The notes: generated by a model from the letters alone, not told the origin. A stretch of 57,323 bases of DNA from Flavobacterium sp. (GCF_023151265.1 NZ_JAKLJH010000008.1:1-57323); one strand, 5' to 3'. Positions 38,744-47,037 are shown, counted from the stretch's first letter. Made by a program: numbers and translations.

Positions 38744-40813
38744 ATGAATAGAGTAATTTTAAAAGGAAGTCTAGGATTTCTTTTTTTGTCAGCGGTACTA
38801 ATATCTTGTAAATCATCACAAGAAGTTGCTTCAAAAAAAGAATCAGTAGGAATTAATGTAGGATATATGGATAAATCCGTAAATCCAGCTAACGATTTCA
38901 ATCGTTATGTAAACGGAACTTGGTTAGATAAAACCGAAATTCCAGCAGACAGAACACGTTGGGGAAGTTTTGATGAGCTTCGTAAAAACACAGATGACGA
39001 TGTAATGGCAATTTTAAAAGATGCCATCAAGGACAAAACTATCGATCCAAATTCTGATCAAGCGAAAGCAATTAGCTTATACAAAACGGTTTTAGACACA
39101 GTAAGCAGAAACAAAGCAGGAATCGACCCATTAAAACCTTATTTAGCGAAAATTAATGCAGTTCAAAACGCTGATCAATTAGTAGCTTTATTAGCCGAAA
39201 TGGAACCAGAAATGGGATTAGGTTTCTTTGGAAGTTACATTGGTGCCGATGCTAAAAACAGCAACAAAAATGTAATTTATGTAGGAACAGGAAGTCTTGG
39301 TTTACCAGATAGAGATTATTATGTTTCCGATGCGCCAGACAACAAAGAAAAGCGTGAAAAATACGTAGCTCATGTAACCAGAATGTTACAATATTTAGGA
39401 GAATCAGAAACTACGGCTAATGCAAATGCGAAGAAAATTTTAGCCTTAGAAACTAAAATGTCAACCGCAACTTTAGATAGAGTTGAGCGTAGAGATAGAA
39501 GAAAAACCTATAATCCAATGAGTTTTGCTGATTTACAAAAATTAGCACCAACAGTAAAATGGGATGCTTATTTCCAAAGCGTTGGTATTGGTAAAGTAGA
39601 TTCGTTAGTAGTATCGCAACCAAAATATTTACAAACGGTTGAAACGATTTTAAAAGATAACCAAGTTGAAGATTGGAAAGCGTATATGCGTTGGACAGCT
39701 TTAAGAGGTTCGGCAGGTTTATTATCAACCGATATCGAGAATGCTAATTTTGATTTCTACGGAAAAACATTAACGGGAGCTGTAAAACAACGTCCAGCAG
39801 AAGAAAGAGCTTTAGCAACTGTTAATGGAAGATTAGGTGAAGCGTTAGGAAAATTATATGTTGCTAAAAAATTCCCACCAGAAGCAAAAGCAAAAGCGCA
39901 AGCAATGATTGCTAATGTGATGTTAGCTTTTGATAATCGTATCAACAATTTACCTTGGATGACAAAAGCGACTAAGGAAAATGCGAAAATTAAATTGAAT
40001 AAATTCCGAGTGAAAATCGGATATCCTGATAAATGGAAAGATTATTCAGCTCTTGAAGTAAAATCTCCAGAACAAGGCGGAACGTATTTTGATAATTCAA
40101 GAATGTACGCCAAATGGAGTCAAAAGAAAAACATCGAAAAATTAGGTAAACCAGTAGATAAAGAAGAATGGGGAATGTCGCCTCAAACAGTAAATGCTTA
40201 TTTCAGTCCAACAAACAATGAGATTGTATTCCCAGCTGCGATTTTACAACCACCTTTCTACGATTACAAAGCGGATGAAGCTGTAAATTATGGTGGAATT
40301 GGAGCTGTAATTGGTCACGAAATTTCACACGGATTTGACGATTCAGGTTCAAGATATAATGCAGATGGAAATTTGGTAAACTGGTGGAGTGATGAAGATT
40401 TGAAACAATTCACTACATTAGGAAGTGCTTTAGCAGATCAATATTCAGCTTTAGAACCATTGCCTGGAATTTTTGTAGATGGAAAATTCACTTTAGGTGA
40501 AAACATCGGAGATTTAGGTGGAGTTAACGCTGCTTACGACGGATTACAAATCTATTTAAAAGCAAACGGAAACCCAGGTTTAATTGACGGATTCACGCCA
40601 GAGCAACGTTTCTTTATTTCTTGGGCAACCATTTGGAGAAGCAAAATGCGTGACGAAGCCATCAAAAATCAAGTAAAAACTGACCCGCATTCGCCAGGAA
40701 TGTATCGTGCTTATGTGCCATTGCAAAATGTGGAAGCGTTCTACAAAGCGTTCAATATTTTACCACACAACGGTATGTATTTGCCTTTTGAAAAACGTGT
40801 GAAAATTTGGTAA
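38744..40813 (+). CDS. M13 (neprilysin/PepO) metallopeptidase lipoprotein
   Basis: Lipobox LISC; VNAYF, HEISH, GENIGDLGG, DPHSP. Confidence 0.97.
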   Translation: MNRVILKGSLGFLFLSAVLISCKSSQEVASKKESVGINVGYMDKSVNPANDFNRYVNGTWLDKTEIPADRTRWGSFDELRKNTDDDVMAILKDAIKDKTIDPNSDQAKAISLYKTVLDTVSRNKAGIDPLKPYLAKINAVQNADQLVALLAEMEPEMGLGFFGSYIGADAKNSNKNVIYVGTGSLGLPDRDYYVSDAPDNKEKREKYVAHVTRMLQYLGESETTANANAKKILALETKMSTATLDRVERRDRRKTYNPMSFADLQKLAPTVKWDAYFQSVGIGKVDSLVVSQPKYLQTVETILKDNQVEDWKAYMRWTALRGSAGLLSTDIENANFDFYGKTLTGAVKQRPAEERALATVNGRLGEALGKLYVAKKFPPEAKAKAQAMIANVMLAFDNRINNLPWMTKATKENAKIKLNKFRVKIGYPDKWKDYSALEVKSPEQGGTYFDNSRMYAKWSQKKNIEKLGKPVDKEEWGMSPQTVNAYFSPTNNEIVFPAAILQPPFYDYKADEAVNYGGIGAVIGHEISHGFDDSGSRYNADGNLVNWWSDEDLKQFTTLGSALADQYSALEPLPGIFVDGKFTLGENIGDLGGVNAAYDGLQIYLKANGNPGLIDGFTPEQRFFISWATIWRSKMRDEAIKNQVKTDPHSPGMYRAYVPLQNVEAFYKAFNILPHNGMYLPFEKRVKIW

Positions 40814-40832
40814 TCAAATTCAAAATAAAATC

Positions 40833-40862
40833 AAGTCCCATCTTTTAGGTGGGATTTTTTTT
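40833..40862 (+). terminator. Intrinsic terminator
   Basis: aagtcccatct/aggtgggattt stem followed by a T-run. Confidence 0.75.
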
Positions 40863-40882
40863 GTTGAATAGTAAAGATTATC

Positions 40883-40939
40883 GCCACGGATTAAAAGATT
40901 AGAAGGATTATAATCCGTGAAAATCCTTTAATCAGTGGC
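40883..40939. repeat. REP-like nested palindrome
   Basis: gccacggattaaaagatt pairs with aatcctttaatcagtggc (16/18); inner palindrome ggattataatcc. Confidence 0.7.
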
Positions 40940-40945
40940 TAAAAA

Positions 40946-41869
40946 CTATTTCTTCTTAATCGCTCGATTTACTAAATAAAGTCCAATAATCGTTATCGTT
41001 CCACCAATAATAATAGCAGTTGTCAAAGGTTCATTAAATAATAAATATCCAAAAAACAACGCCACCATCGGATTTATGTAAGCATATAAACTGCTGATTT
41101 CCGTTGGTAAGTTTTCCAACGCATAAATAAAAGCAATAAACGTCAACAACGAACCAAAAACCACCAAGTAACCAATCGACCACCAAGAAATCGCCGGAAT
41201 TTCGCTCAACGGAACCGAAGTCCCATTAAATCCAATTACGCTTGAAATCACAATACTCGAAATCAACATTTGCAAACCCAAACTAAAATACGGATTAAAA
41301 TTCGTCTTATTTTCTTTGATATAAATCGAAGACAACGCCCAAGTAAACGTAGCAATTACTGAAAGTAAAATTCCAAAACGGAATTCAGGTTCTAAGAAAT
41401 CGTTGAGGTAATCGTAGAAAATAACGCAAATTCCACCAAAAGCGATAACCAAACCTACAACAGCTTTCCAAGATGTTTTTTGTCCGCGAAACAAACTGAT
41501 GATTACAATCCAAAGCGGAAATATCGAACCAATAATCGCACCCAAACCACTCGAAATGTATTTCACGCCCCAAGTACTTAAACCGTTACTCAGCATGAAA
41601 TTCAACACACTCAAAACTAAAATCGTGCGCCATTGTCGTTTGTTTGGCCAAGGATGTTTTTTGATTAAGAAATAAAGCAAATACAACAATCCACCAAAAA
41701 GTTGACGCAACGCAACCAATTGCATCGGAGGCATGTGTTTGACACCTTCTTTCGAAGCAATCCAAGTAGTTCCCCAAAAAAAGCTAATCCAAATTAATGC
41801 TAAAATCGGTAAACCAATCGCATTTTTCTTTTGCTGGATGTAATTGTGAAATACGCTAAAATACGCCAT
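40946..41869 (-). CDS. EamA/DMT-family transporter
   Basis: FWGTTWIA, about 10 TM helices, GYLVVFGS, YAYINPMVA. Confidence 0.93.
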   Translation of the reverse strand: MAYFSVFHNYIQQKKNAIGLPILALIWISFFWGTTWIASKEGVKHMPPMQLVALRQLFGGLLYLLYFLIKKHPWPNKRQWRTILVLSVLNFMLSNGLSTWGVKYISSGLGAIIGSIFPLWIVIISLFRGQKTSWKAVVGLVIAFGGICVIFYDYLNDFLEPEFRFGILLSVIATFTWALSSIYIKENKTNFNPYFSLGLQMLISSIVISSVIGFNGTSVPLSEIPAISWWSIGYLVVFGSLLTFIAFIYALENLPTEISSLYAYINPMVALFFGYLLFNEPLTTAIIIGGTITIIGLYLVNRAIKKK

Positions 41870-41871
41870 TA

Positions 41872-42708
41872 CTAAATTTCTTTTTGGAACGAATATCCTA
41901 AAATGGTTTCCACTTTTTCACTAGAAATAATTTTACCTTTCGATTCCGAATCTTCCGCAAAGGTAGGCAATGGCAAATGGAATATTTCAGCTTTTTTGTG
42001 ATAATATGCTTTACGTGTTGGATGTTGAGGTGCGACAGCGTTGAAGGTTTGGTTCCATTCCCAATTGTCATCTCGAGCGAAGTCGAGCGACTTTTCTATA
42101 ATTCCAATACAATCTTCTCTTTGAATCATATTCACCGGCGCATCCGGATTTTCGACATTCGTTCTTCCTGCTAAAAATTTTACTGGATGACGATCATCGC
42201 CAAGCAAACCACCAAAACGAATTACGGTAGTTTTGAAATATGAATTCGATTGTAAAAGAGTTTCTGCAATAACTAATTGTTTGCCACTTTCGGTATCGGG
42301 ATCGGGTTTTGTTTCTTCGGTAATTTCAACAATTGGAAAACTATCACCATAAACCGAAGTCGAACTTACAAAAACAACTTTCTGAATCCCTGATTTTTCG
42401 ATAAACGGAATCAACGTTTTTACTTTATTTACGAATGTCATTTCGTTAGAAGTCGAAACTTCTCTTCTCAATCCAGGCGGAATATCAATAATCAAAACAT
42501 CGGTTTCTTTTAGAAAATCTTCCATATTTCCAATGATTTGATGTTCATCTAATTGAATTTGGAAAGGTAAAATCCCAGCATTTTTCAACACGTCTAATTT
42601 ACTTTCCGAAGTCGTAGAACCTTTTACTTCGTAACCTTTTGCAAGCAATGATTTGGCTAAAGGTAAACCCAACCAACCGCAGCCGAGTATGGAGATTTTT
42701 ATTCCCAT
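41872..42708 (-). CDS. NAD(P)-dependent oxidoreductase (atypical SDR, YeeZ-like)
   Basis: ILGCGWLG, VSSTSVYG, IRFGGL. Confidence 0.88.
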   Translation of the reverse strand: MGIKISILGCGWLGLPLAKSLLAKGYEVKGSTTSESKLDVLKNAGILPFQIQLDEHQIIGNMEDFLKETDVLIIDIPPGLRREVSTSNEMTFVNKVKTLIPFIEKSGIQKVVFVSSTSVYGDSFPIVEITEETKPDPDTESGKQLVIAETLLQSNSYFKTTVIRFGGLLGDDRHPVKFLAGRTNVENPDAPVNMIQREDCIGIIEKSLDFARDDNWEWNQTFNAVAPQHPTRKAYYHKKAEIFHLPLPTFAEDSESKGKIISSEKVETILGYSFQKEI

Positions 42709-43163
42709 TTGTATTTTTTTATGTAGGTATTTGTTGGAATGTCGTGTTCGTAGTAAGTAACATATTTAAAACCAGCTTTAGTTAATGTAATTGAATCTGG
42801 TTGGATTTCTTCGTTTAAATAAATATGACTATTTTCTGGATTTTTTTTATCAAAAACGACATTGAAAAACTTTTTTAAATCTTTCTTACTAAAATTATTC
42901 TCATTTGATTCGGAAACAAATCTTTGATTTTTATAATAAAAGTAATATCTCAAATCACTTGTTTTTCCATGATTCTTAATACTGCTAGTTATGCCAATTG
43001 TTTTACCACTATAATTTTTGATTTTATTATTATATTCTTCTTTATTAAATTTTGAAAAAATCATAATAAATATGAAGAACAATATAATTAGGAGGAAAAC
43101 AATCTTCCCCTCATTTTCTTTCAAAAAAGTTGAATAACTTTTCTTTTCTCTTTCTTCTTTCAT
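42699..43163 (-). CDS. Hypothetical single-TM membrane protein
   Basis: One hydrophobic helix followed by a small beta domain; very AT-rich. Confidence 0.65.
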   Translation of the reverse strand: MKEEREKKSYSTFLKENEGKIVFLLIILFFIFIMIFSKFNKEEYNNKIKNYSGKTIGITSSIKNHGKTSDLRYYFYYKNQRFVSESNENNFSKKDLKKFFNVVFDKKNPENSHIYLNEEIQPDSITLTKAGFKYVTYYEHDIPTNTYIKKYKWE

Positions 43164-43171
43164 CTATCTTC

Positions 43172-43522
43172 TTAACTATCTTTCTTCACCAACATATAAA
43201 AATCATCTTCCAAAGCACGATACCCTTGGTCGTACAAAAAGAAATAGGTGTTGCCGGTTTTGGTTTGTAACATGCTTGTGAAAAACTCAAAATCGAAACC
43301 TTTGCTTAGCAATTTGGTTTTGGTGGTTTTTCCTTTATCTTCTGGGTTGAGTTCACACAAAATGCGGTAGTTTTTACGCAATTTGTTGTTTATGTTGCGC
43401 ATCAGATTGTTCTGATCTTTGTTCATTTTGTTGTTGTACGCATTGCGGCAGCCATCCGAACAAAACTTTTTGTCTTCGCGACCGATGATTTTATCGCCAC
43501 ATTCTAAACAGGTTTTACTCAT
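43172..43522 (-). CDS. Zn-finger protein (CxxC...FCSxxC), DUF2116-like
   Basis: CLECGDKIIGREDKKFCSDGCRNAYNN followed by a basic helix. Confidence 0.8.
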   Translation of the reverse strand: MSKTCLECGDKIIGREDKKFCSDGCRNAYNNKMNKDQNNLMRNINNKLRKNYRILCELNPEDKGKTTKTKLLSKGFDFEFFTSMLQTKTGNTYFFLYDQGYRALEDDFYMLVKKDS

Positions 43523-43541
43523 AAGTTTTAATGTATTGTTT

Positions 43542-43572
43542 GACCTGACAGGTTTTCGAAAACTGTCAGGTC
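43542..43572. repeat. REP-like palindrome, copy 2
   Basis: gacctgacag-gttttcgaaaa-ctgtcaggtc; inverted near-copy of 6525-6557. Confidence 0.85.
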
Positions 43573-43580
43573 TAAAAGAA

Positions 43581-44078
43581 TTACTTCTTAAAATTAAACT
43601 TCATTTCTTTACCACTTTCTTCAAAAACTACGTAAAGATTAATTTCGTTATCTGAAATTTTCTCAAAAGTAAATTTGTCAAAATACACATGGGTTGGCGT
43701 AACTTTTACCAATCTGAAATTCTCACTCACTTCCGCTTTTTCCCAACCTTTCAATTCGCCGTCAAAATGTTTGAGTTGTAATAAAAGTGTTTTTTCTTTT
43801 TCAATAATGTGTCCCAATTCATAGAAAGCAACTTTTCCATCTACTACTAATTTGAAGCTAAACATCATCGAATTTCCAATCGGCTCGCTCCACGTTTCTT
43901 GACAAATGCCGCCTAAAGCTTCGCCTGTCCAATTACCCACAATCCATTTTACATCTTGCAAAGTAGCTTTTGGCGAACCTTTTTCATCGTTGTAATTCAA
44001 AGTGTTTTGTGCAAAAGCAGTAAACGAACAAATAAAAAGTAAAAAATAAATACTTTTTTGGAAGATTGTTTTTTTCAT
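43581..44078 (-). CDS. Exported hypothetical protein (DUF6265-like); start likely ATG 44078
   Basis: Signal peptide; WIVGNWTGE, ETWS, LKHF...GWE. Confidence 0.75.
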   Translation of the reverse strand: MKKTIFQKSIYFLLFICSFTAFAQNTLNYNDEKGSPKATLQDVKWIVGNWTGEALGGICQETWSEPIGNSMMFSFKLVVDGKVAFYELGHIIEKEKTLLLQLKHFDGELKGWEKAEVSENFRLVKVTPTHVYFDKFTFEKISDNEINLYVVFEESGKEMKFNFKK

Positions 44079-44124
44079 CTGTAAAGTCTTATAATTAAAG
44101 CTAATATACAAAAATATTTTCCAT

Positions 44125-44150
44125 TTACAAACGCTTACAAATATTTACAA
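44125..44150. promoter_or_regulatory. Three TTACAA direct repeats at an exact 10-bp period
   Basis: ttacaa at 44125, 44135 and 44145 in the divergent promoter region upstream of ssb. Confidence 0.6.
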
Positions 44151-44258
44151 CCGAAATTAAATGCCTAAATACCGAATAACGTTTTTTTCTTGCCACATCT
44201 TTGCAATGTCGAAATGAACGAAAGCAAAATTCAAAAACAAGAGCAAGTTCAAATTTCA

Positions 44259-44310
44259 AACATTAGATTTTTTAGATTATTTCAATTTCTTAAATCTGTG
44301 TTCCAAAAAA
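44259..44310 (+). repeat. Conserved hairpin leader of ssb copy 1
   Basis: 47-nt core 44264-44310 differs at 2 positions from 44727-44773. Confidence 0.8.
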
Positions 44311-44353
44311 GAATCAATATTAATAATTATAAACATTTAAATTTTTACACGCC

Positions 44354-44674
44354 ATGAAAAACAGAGTACAATTAATCGGACATGTAGGTCAAGAACCAGA
44401 AATCAAAAACTTAGAATCTGGAAGAGTAGCTAACTTCACTATCGCTACGAATGAAAATTACACCAACGCTAAAGGTGAAAAAGTAGAACAAACCGAATGG
44501 CACCGCGTTTCCGCTTGGGGAAAAACAGTAGATATCATTGAAAAATTATTAACCAAAGGAAGTCACGTTGCTATTGAAGGTAAACTAACCCACAGAAGCT
44601 ACGACGATAAAGATGGAAACAAACGTTATATCACGGAAGTTGTTGCAAACGAGTTGATTTTATTAAGCAAGTAA
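44354..44674 (+). CDS. ssb: Single-stranded DNA-binding protein, short, no acidic tail (copy 1)
   Basis: NRVQLIGHVGQEPE, TEWHRV.AWGK, IEGKL..RSY, TEVVA. Confidence 0.95.
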   Translation: MKNRVQLIGHVGQEPEIKNLESGRVANFTIATNENYTNAKGEKVEQTEWHRVSAWGKTVDIIEKLLTKGSHVAIEGKLTHRSYDDKDGNKRYITEVVANELILLSK

Positions 44675-44684
44675 TCAAGTTCAA

Positions 44685-44700
44685 TCCCGAAGCTTCGGGA
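44685..44700. repeat. Perfect 16-bp palindrome between the ssb genes
   Basis: tcccgaagcttcggga is its own reverse complement. Confidence 0.75.
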
Positions 44701-44720
44701 CAAATTCAAAAATCAAGTTC

Positions 44721-44773
44721 AACACATAGATTTTTTAAATTATTCCAATTTCTTAAATCTGTGTTCCAAAAAA
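44721..44773 (+). repeat. Conserved hairpin leader of ssb copy 2
   Basis: Stems aacac/gtgtt, agattt/aaatct and aaatt/aattt; loop attcc. Confidence 0.8.
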
Positions 44774-44808
44774 ATTCAAGTAACACAAACATTTAAATTT
44801 TATACGCC

Positions 44809-45132
44809 ATGAAGAATTCAGTACAATTAATCGGACATGTTGGTCAAGAACCAGAAATCAAAAACCTTGAAGGAGGAAAAAAATTAGCAAACATCAGCAT
44901 TGCTACAAACGAAGTGTATTATCGTGAAAACGGTGACAAAGTAGAACAAACGCAATGGCACCGAGTAACCGCTTGGGGCAAAACAGCCGAAATTATCGAA
45001 AGATTTGTAACCAAAGGAAAAGAAATCGGAATAGAAGGTAAGTTAACTCACAGAAGTTACGACGATAAAGACGGAATCAAACGCTATGTTACAGAAGTTG
45101 TTGCAAACGAAATTTTATTAATCGGTAAATAA
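44809..45132 (+). CDS. ssb: Single-stranded DNA-binding protein, short, no acidic tail (copy 2)
   Basis: About 72% identical to copy 1 by hand alignment. Confidence 0.95.
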   Translation: MKNSVQLIGHVGQEPEIKNLEGGKKLANISIATNEVYYRENGDKVEQTQWHRVTAWGKTAEIIERFVTKGKEIGIEGKLTHRSYDDKDGIKRYVTEVVANEILLIGK

Positions 45133-45139
45133 GGATGTT

Positions 45140-45577
45140 ATGCAAGTTAGAGTATTTTCAATCCGTTTGGATAACGTATTTTTGGAGTACGATCAACAAC
45201 AATTGAATGCTTTTTTGAATTCGGTTACGTTTAAAAAATCAAGTACGCAATTTGTGGAAAGTGAAGAAGCCCATTGGTCGGTTATTGTTCATTATGAATC
45301 AGAAGAAGAACAAAAACCAGAGCGATTAGAACGAAAATCTTTCGAAGATTTGAATCCGAAAGACAAACAAGTTTATGGTTATTTGAATCAGTGGAGAAAC
45401 GAAAAATCGGAAGCTTTGAAACTGAAAAAGTATATGATTTGTCACAATTCAGAATTAATCGATTTAGCCATGTATAAGCCAAGCAACTTAGATGAATTAC
45501 AACAAATCAAAGGTTTTGGGAAACAAAAATCGGAACGATTCGGTGAAGATATTTTAGCAATTTTGAATGCCGTTTGA
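45140..45577 (+). CDS. Stand-alone HRDC-domain protein
   Basis: LNQWRNEKS...YMICHNSELIDLA..KPSNLDELQQIKGFGKQKSERFGEDIL. Confidence 0.88.
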   Translation: MQVRVFSIRLDNVFLEYDQQQLNAFLNSVTFKKSSTQFVESEEAHWSVIVHYESEEEQKPERLERKSFEDLNPKDKQVYGYLNQWRNEKSEALKLKKYMICHNSELIDLAMYKPSNLDELQQIKGFGKQKSERFGEDILAILNAV

Positions 45578-45583
45578 GAAAAG

Positions 45584-45605
45584 ACCACCAGCGAAAGTTG
45601 GTGGT
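45584..45605. terminator. Bidirectional terminator hairpin
   Basis: accaccagc-gaaa-gttggtggt between convergent genes. Confidence 0.75.
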
Positions 45606-46229
45606 TTATTTGTTTAATTCGGTTTGTAATGCTTCGATAAATAAGCCTATATGATAACCATCAATTAACCCATGATGTGCAGTAACTGAAAGCGCCATCG
45701 ATTTCTTTCCGTTTTCTTCAACCAGTTTTCCATAGGAAATTTTCGGACAACTGTCGGCAACGCCAAAATTTCTAGAATGCGTTAATCCAGTAAAATTGAT
45801 CCAAGGCACAGCCGAAAAATGAATAATGTTTTCAGGATACTCTCTCGTTAAAATTCCAGTAGTCGTTTGGATTCTTTCAATTTCTTTTTGGACTATTTTA
45901 TTAAATTCGTGAATATCTTCATGAAATTTCATAAACGAAAAACCAAAAGTCTTATCTTCTCTCATAATAGTAGCAGAAGCGTCAATTTCATTGTATAGAA
46001 ACACATCATCACCTTCGATTCTGTATCTAAAATTTTCAATTTGATTTACCGCTGCAAGAGTCTTATGAAGATAATATACAAAAAATGAAATTTGCATTGC
46101 CTTCGCTTTTTCATAAGCAATCGTACAATCAATGGCTGTTGTAATTCCAAAAAACGGTTCTTGGAAGGCTGAGAAGAATTCCAAATGTCCTTTTCGGTTC
46201 CAGTTGTTTAAATCAATTTTTGTTTTCAA
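45606..46229 (-). CDS. CatA-like (chloramphenicol) O-acetyltransferase family
   Basis: WNRKGH, SAVPWINFT, PKISYGK, HHGLIDGYH. Confidence 0.88.
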   Translation of the reverse strand: MKTKIDLNNWNRKGHLEFFSAFQEPFFGITTAIDCTIAYEKAKAMQISFFVYYLHKTLAAVNQIENFRYRIEGDDVFLYNEIDASATIMREDKTFGFSFMKFHEDIHEFNKIVQKEIERIQTTTGILTREYPENIIHFSAVPWINFTGLTHSRNFGVADSCPKISYGKLVEENGKKSMALSVTAHHGLIDGYHIGLFIEALQTELNK

Positions 46230-46253
46230 TGTAGTGTATGGTTATAAAACACA

Positions 46254-46280
46254 AAACCTTCTCGGTTAAGGAGAAGGTTT
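46254..46280 (-). terminator. Hairpin after the small Cys-rich gene
   Basis: aaaccttctc-ggttaag-gagaaggttt, a 10-bp stem. Confidence 0.7.
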
Positions 46281-46461
46281 AGGATGCTTTTTTAATTAAA
46301 TCAAACATTGGGCAACGTTTACAGCGTTTGTGTTCGCCTTTTTCAAATTTGCCACAACATTTTGATTTGCAGTTTTCTGCAATTTTTATATCGGCTAAAA
46401 GAAGTTGTTGTTTTTGCTTCTTCTTTTTCTTTTTGTCCTTCTTTTTCTCTTCTTTGCTCAT
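46279..46461 (-). CDS. Small basic Cys-rich protein with CC-x10-C-x2-C motif (putative [2Fe-2S])
   Basis: CKSKCCGKFEKGEHKRCKRCP; own -7 box TATCTTTG (46482-46489, minus), Fur-like box and terminator. Confidence 0.75.
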   Translation of the reverse strand: MSKEEKKKDKKKKKKQKQQLLLADIKIAENCKSKCCGKFEKGEHKRCKRCPMFDLIKKAS

Positions 46462-46494
46462 CAGAAATTCATTTGACTCTGCAAAGATAATATT

Positions 46495-46513
46495 ATTTTT
46501 AAATATTCTAAAT
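46495..46513. promoter_or_regulatory. Fur-box-like site
   Basis: ATTTTTAAATATTCTAAAT, 16/19 to ATTTAGAATTATTCTAAAT, just upstream of the -7 box. Confidence 0.6.
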
Positions 46514-46518
46514 AAAAA

Positions 46519-47037
46519 TTACTGCGGATTTATTGAAATCGAACTAGTTACTGCTAATTGTTGAATATCACGGTCAAATAAGTATAATCCACCTCGGTCT
46601 TCGCCAATTAAATTGATTTTATCTAAAATAGTTTTTGCTTGTGCTTCTTCTTCAATTTGTTCCGCTACATACCATTGTAAGAAATTGTGAGTAGCGTAAT
46701 CTTTTTCGGTTAGCGTTGTATGAACCAATTCGTTGATAGAATTTGAAACAAAACATTCGTGCTCGTACAATTCTTCAAACATTTCTTTGAATGTTCCAAA
46801 TTTGGTTTTCGGAGCTTTTAAATCGGTGATTTCGGCATGACCACCTCTTTCGTTTACATATTTTACCAATTTTAGCATGTGCGAACGCTCTTCGTCAGAC
46901 TGATTGTACATGAATTGAGCTACACCTTCTAAGCCTTGAATTTCAGCCCAACAAGCCATTGATAAATAAATTTGTGAAGATTCGGCTTCTATTCTAATTT
47001 GCTTATTTAAAGCATTTGCGATATTATTTGTCAACAT
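46519..47037 (-). CDS. Non-heme ferritin
   Basis: EAESSQIYLSMA, QSDEERSHM, HECFVS, FLQWYVAEQIEEE. Confidence 0.96.
   Translation of the reverse strand: MLTNNIANALNKQIRIEAESSQIYLSMACWAEIQGLEGVAQFMYNQSDEERSHMLKLVKYVNERGGHAEITDLKAPKTKFGTFKEMFEELYEHECFVSNSINELVHTTLTEKDYATHNFLQWYVAEQIEEEAQAKTILDKINLIGEDRGGLYLFDRDIQQLAVTSSISINPQ

Noticed and set aside
44121-44810. CRISPR array or retron in the ssb repeats
   Set aside because: Only two long repeat copies, separated by a gene; no spacer pattern, cas gene or RT in the window.
45606-46229. Acquired chloramphenicol resistance cassette
   Set aside because: No mobile-element context and composition like its neighbours; CatA-like genes are common chromosomal genes, and resistance cannot be inferred from sequence.
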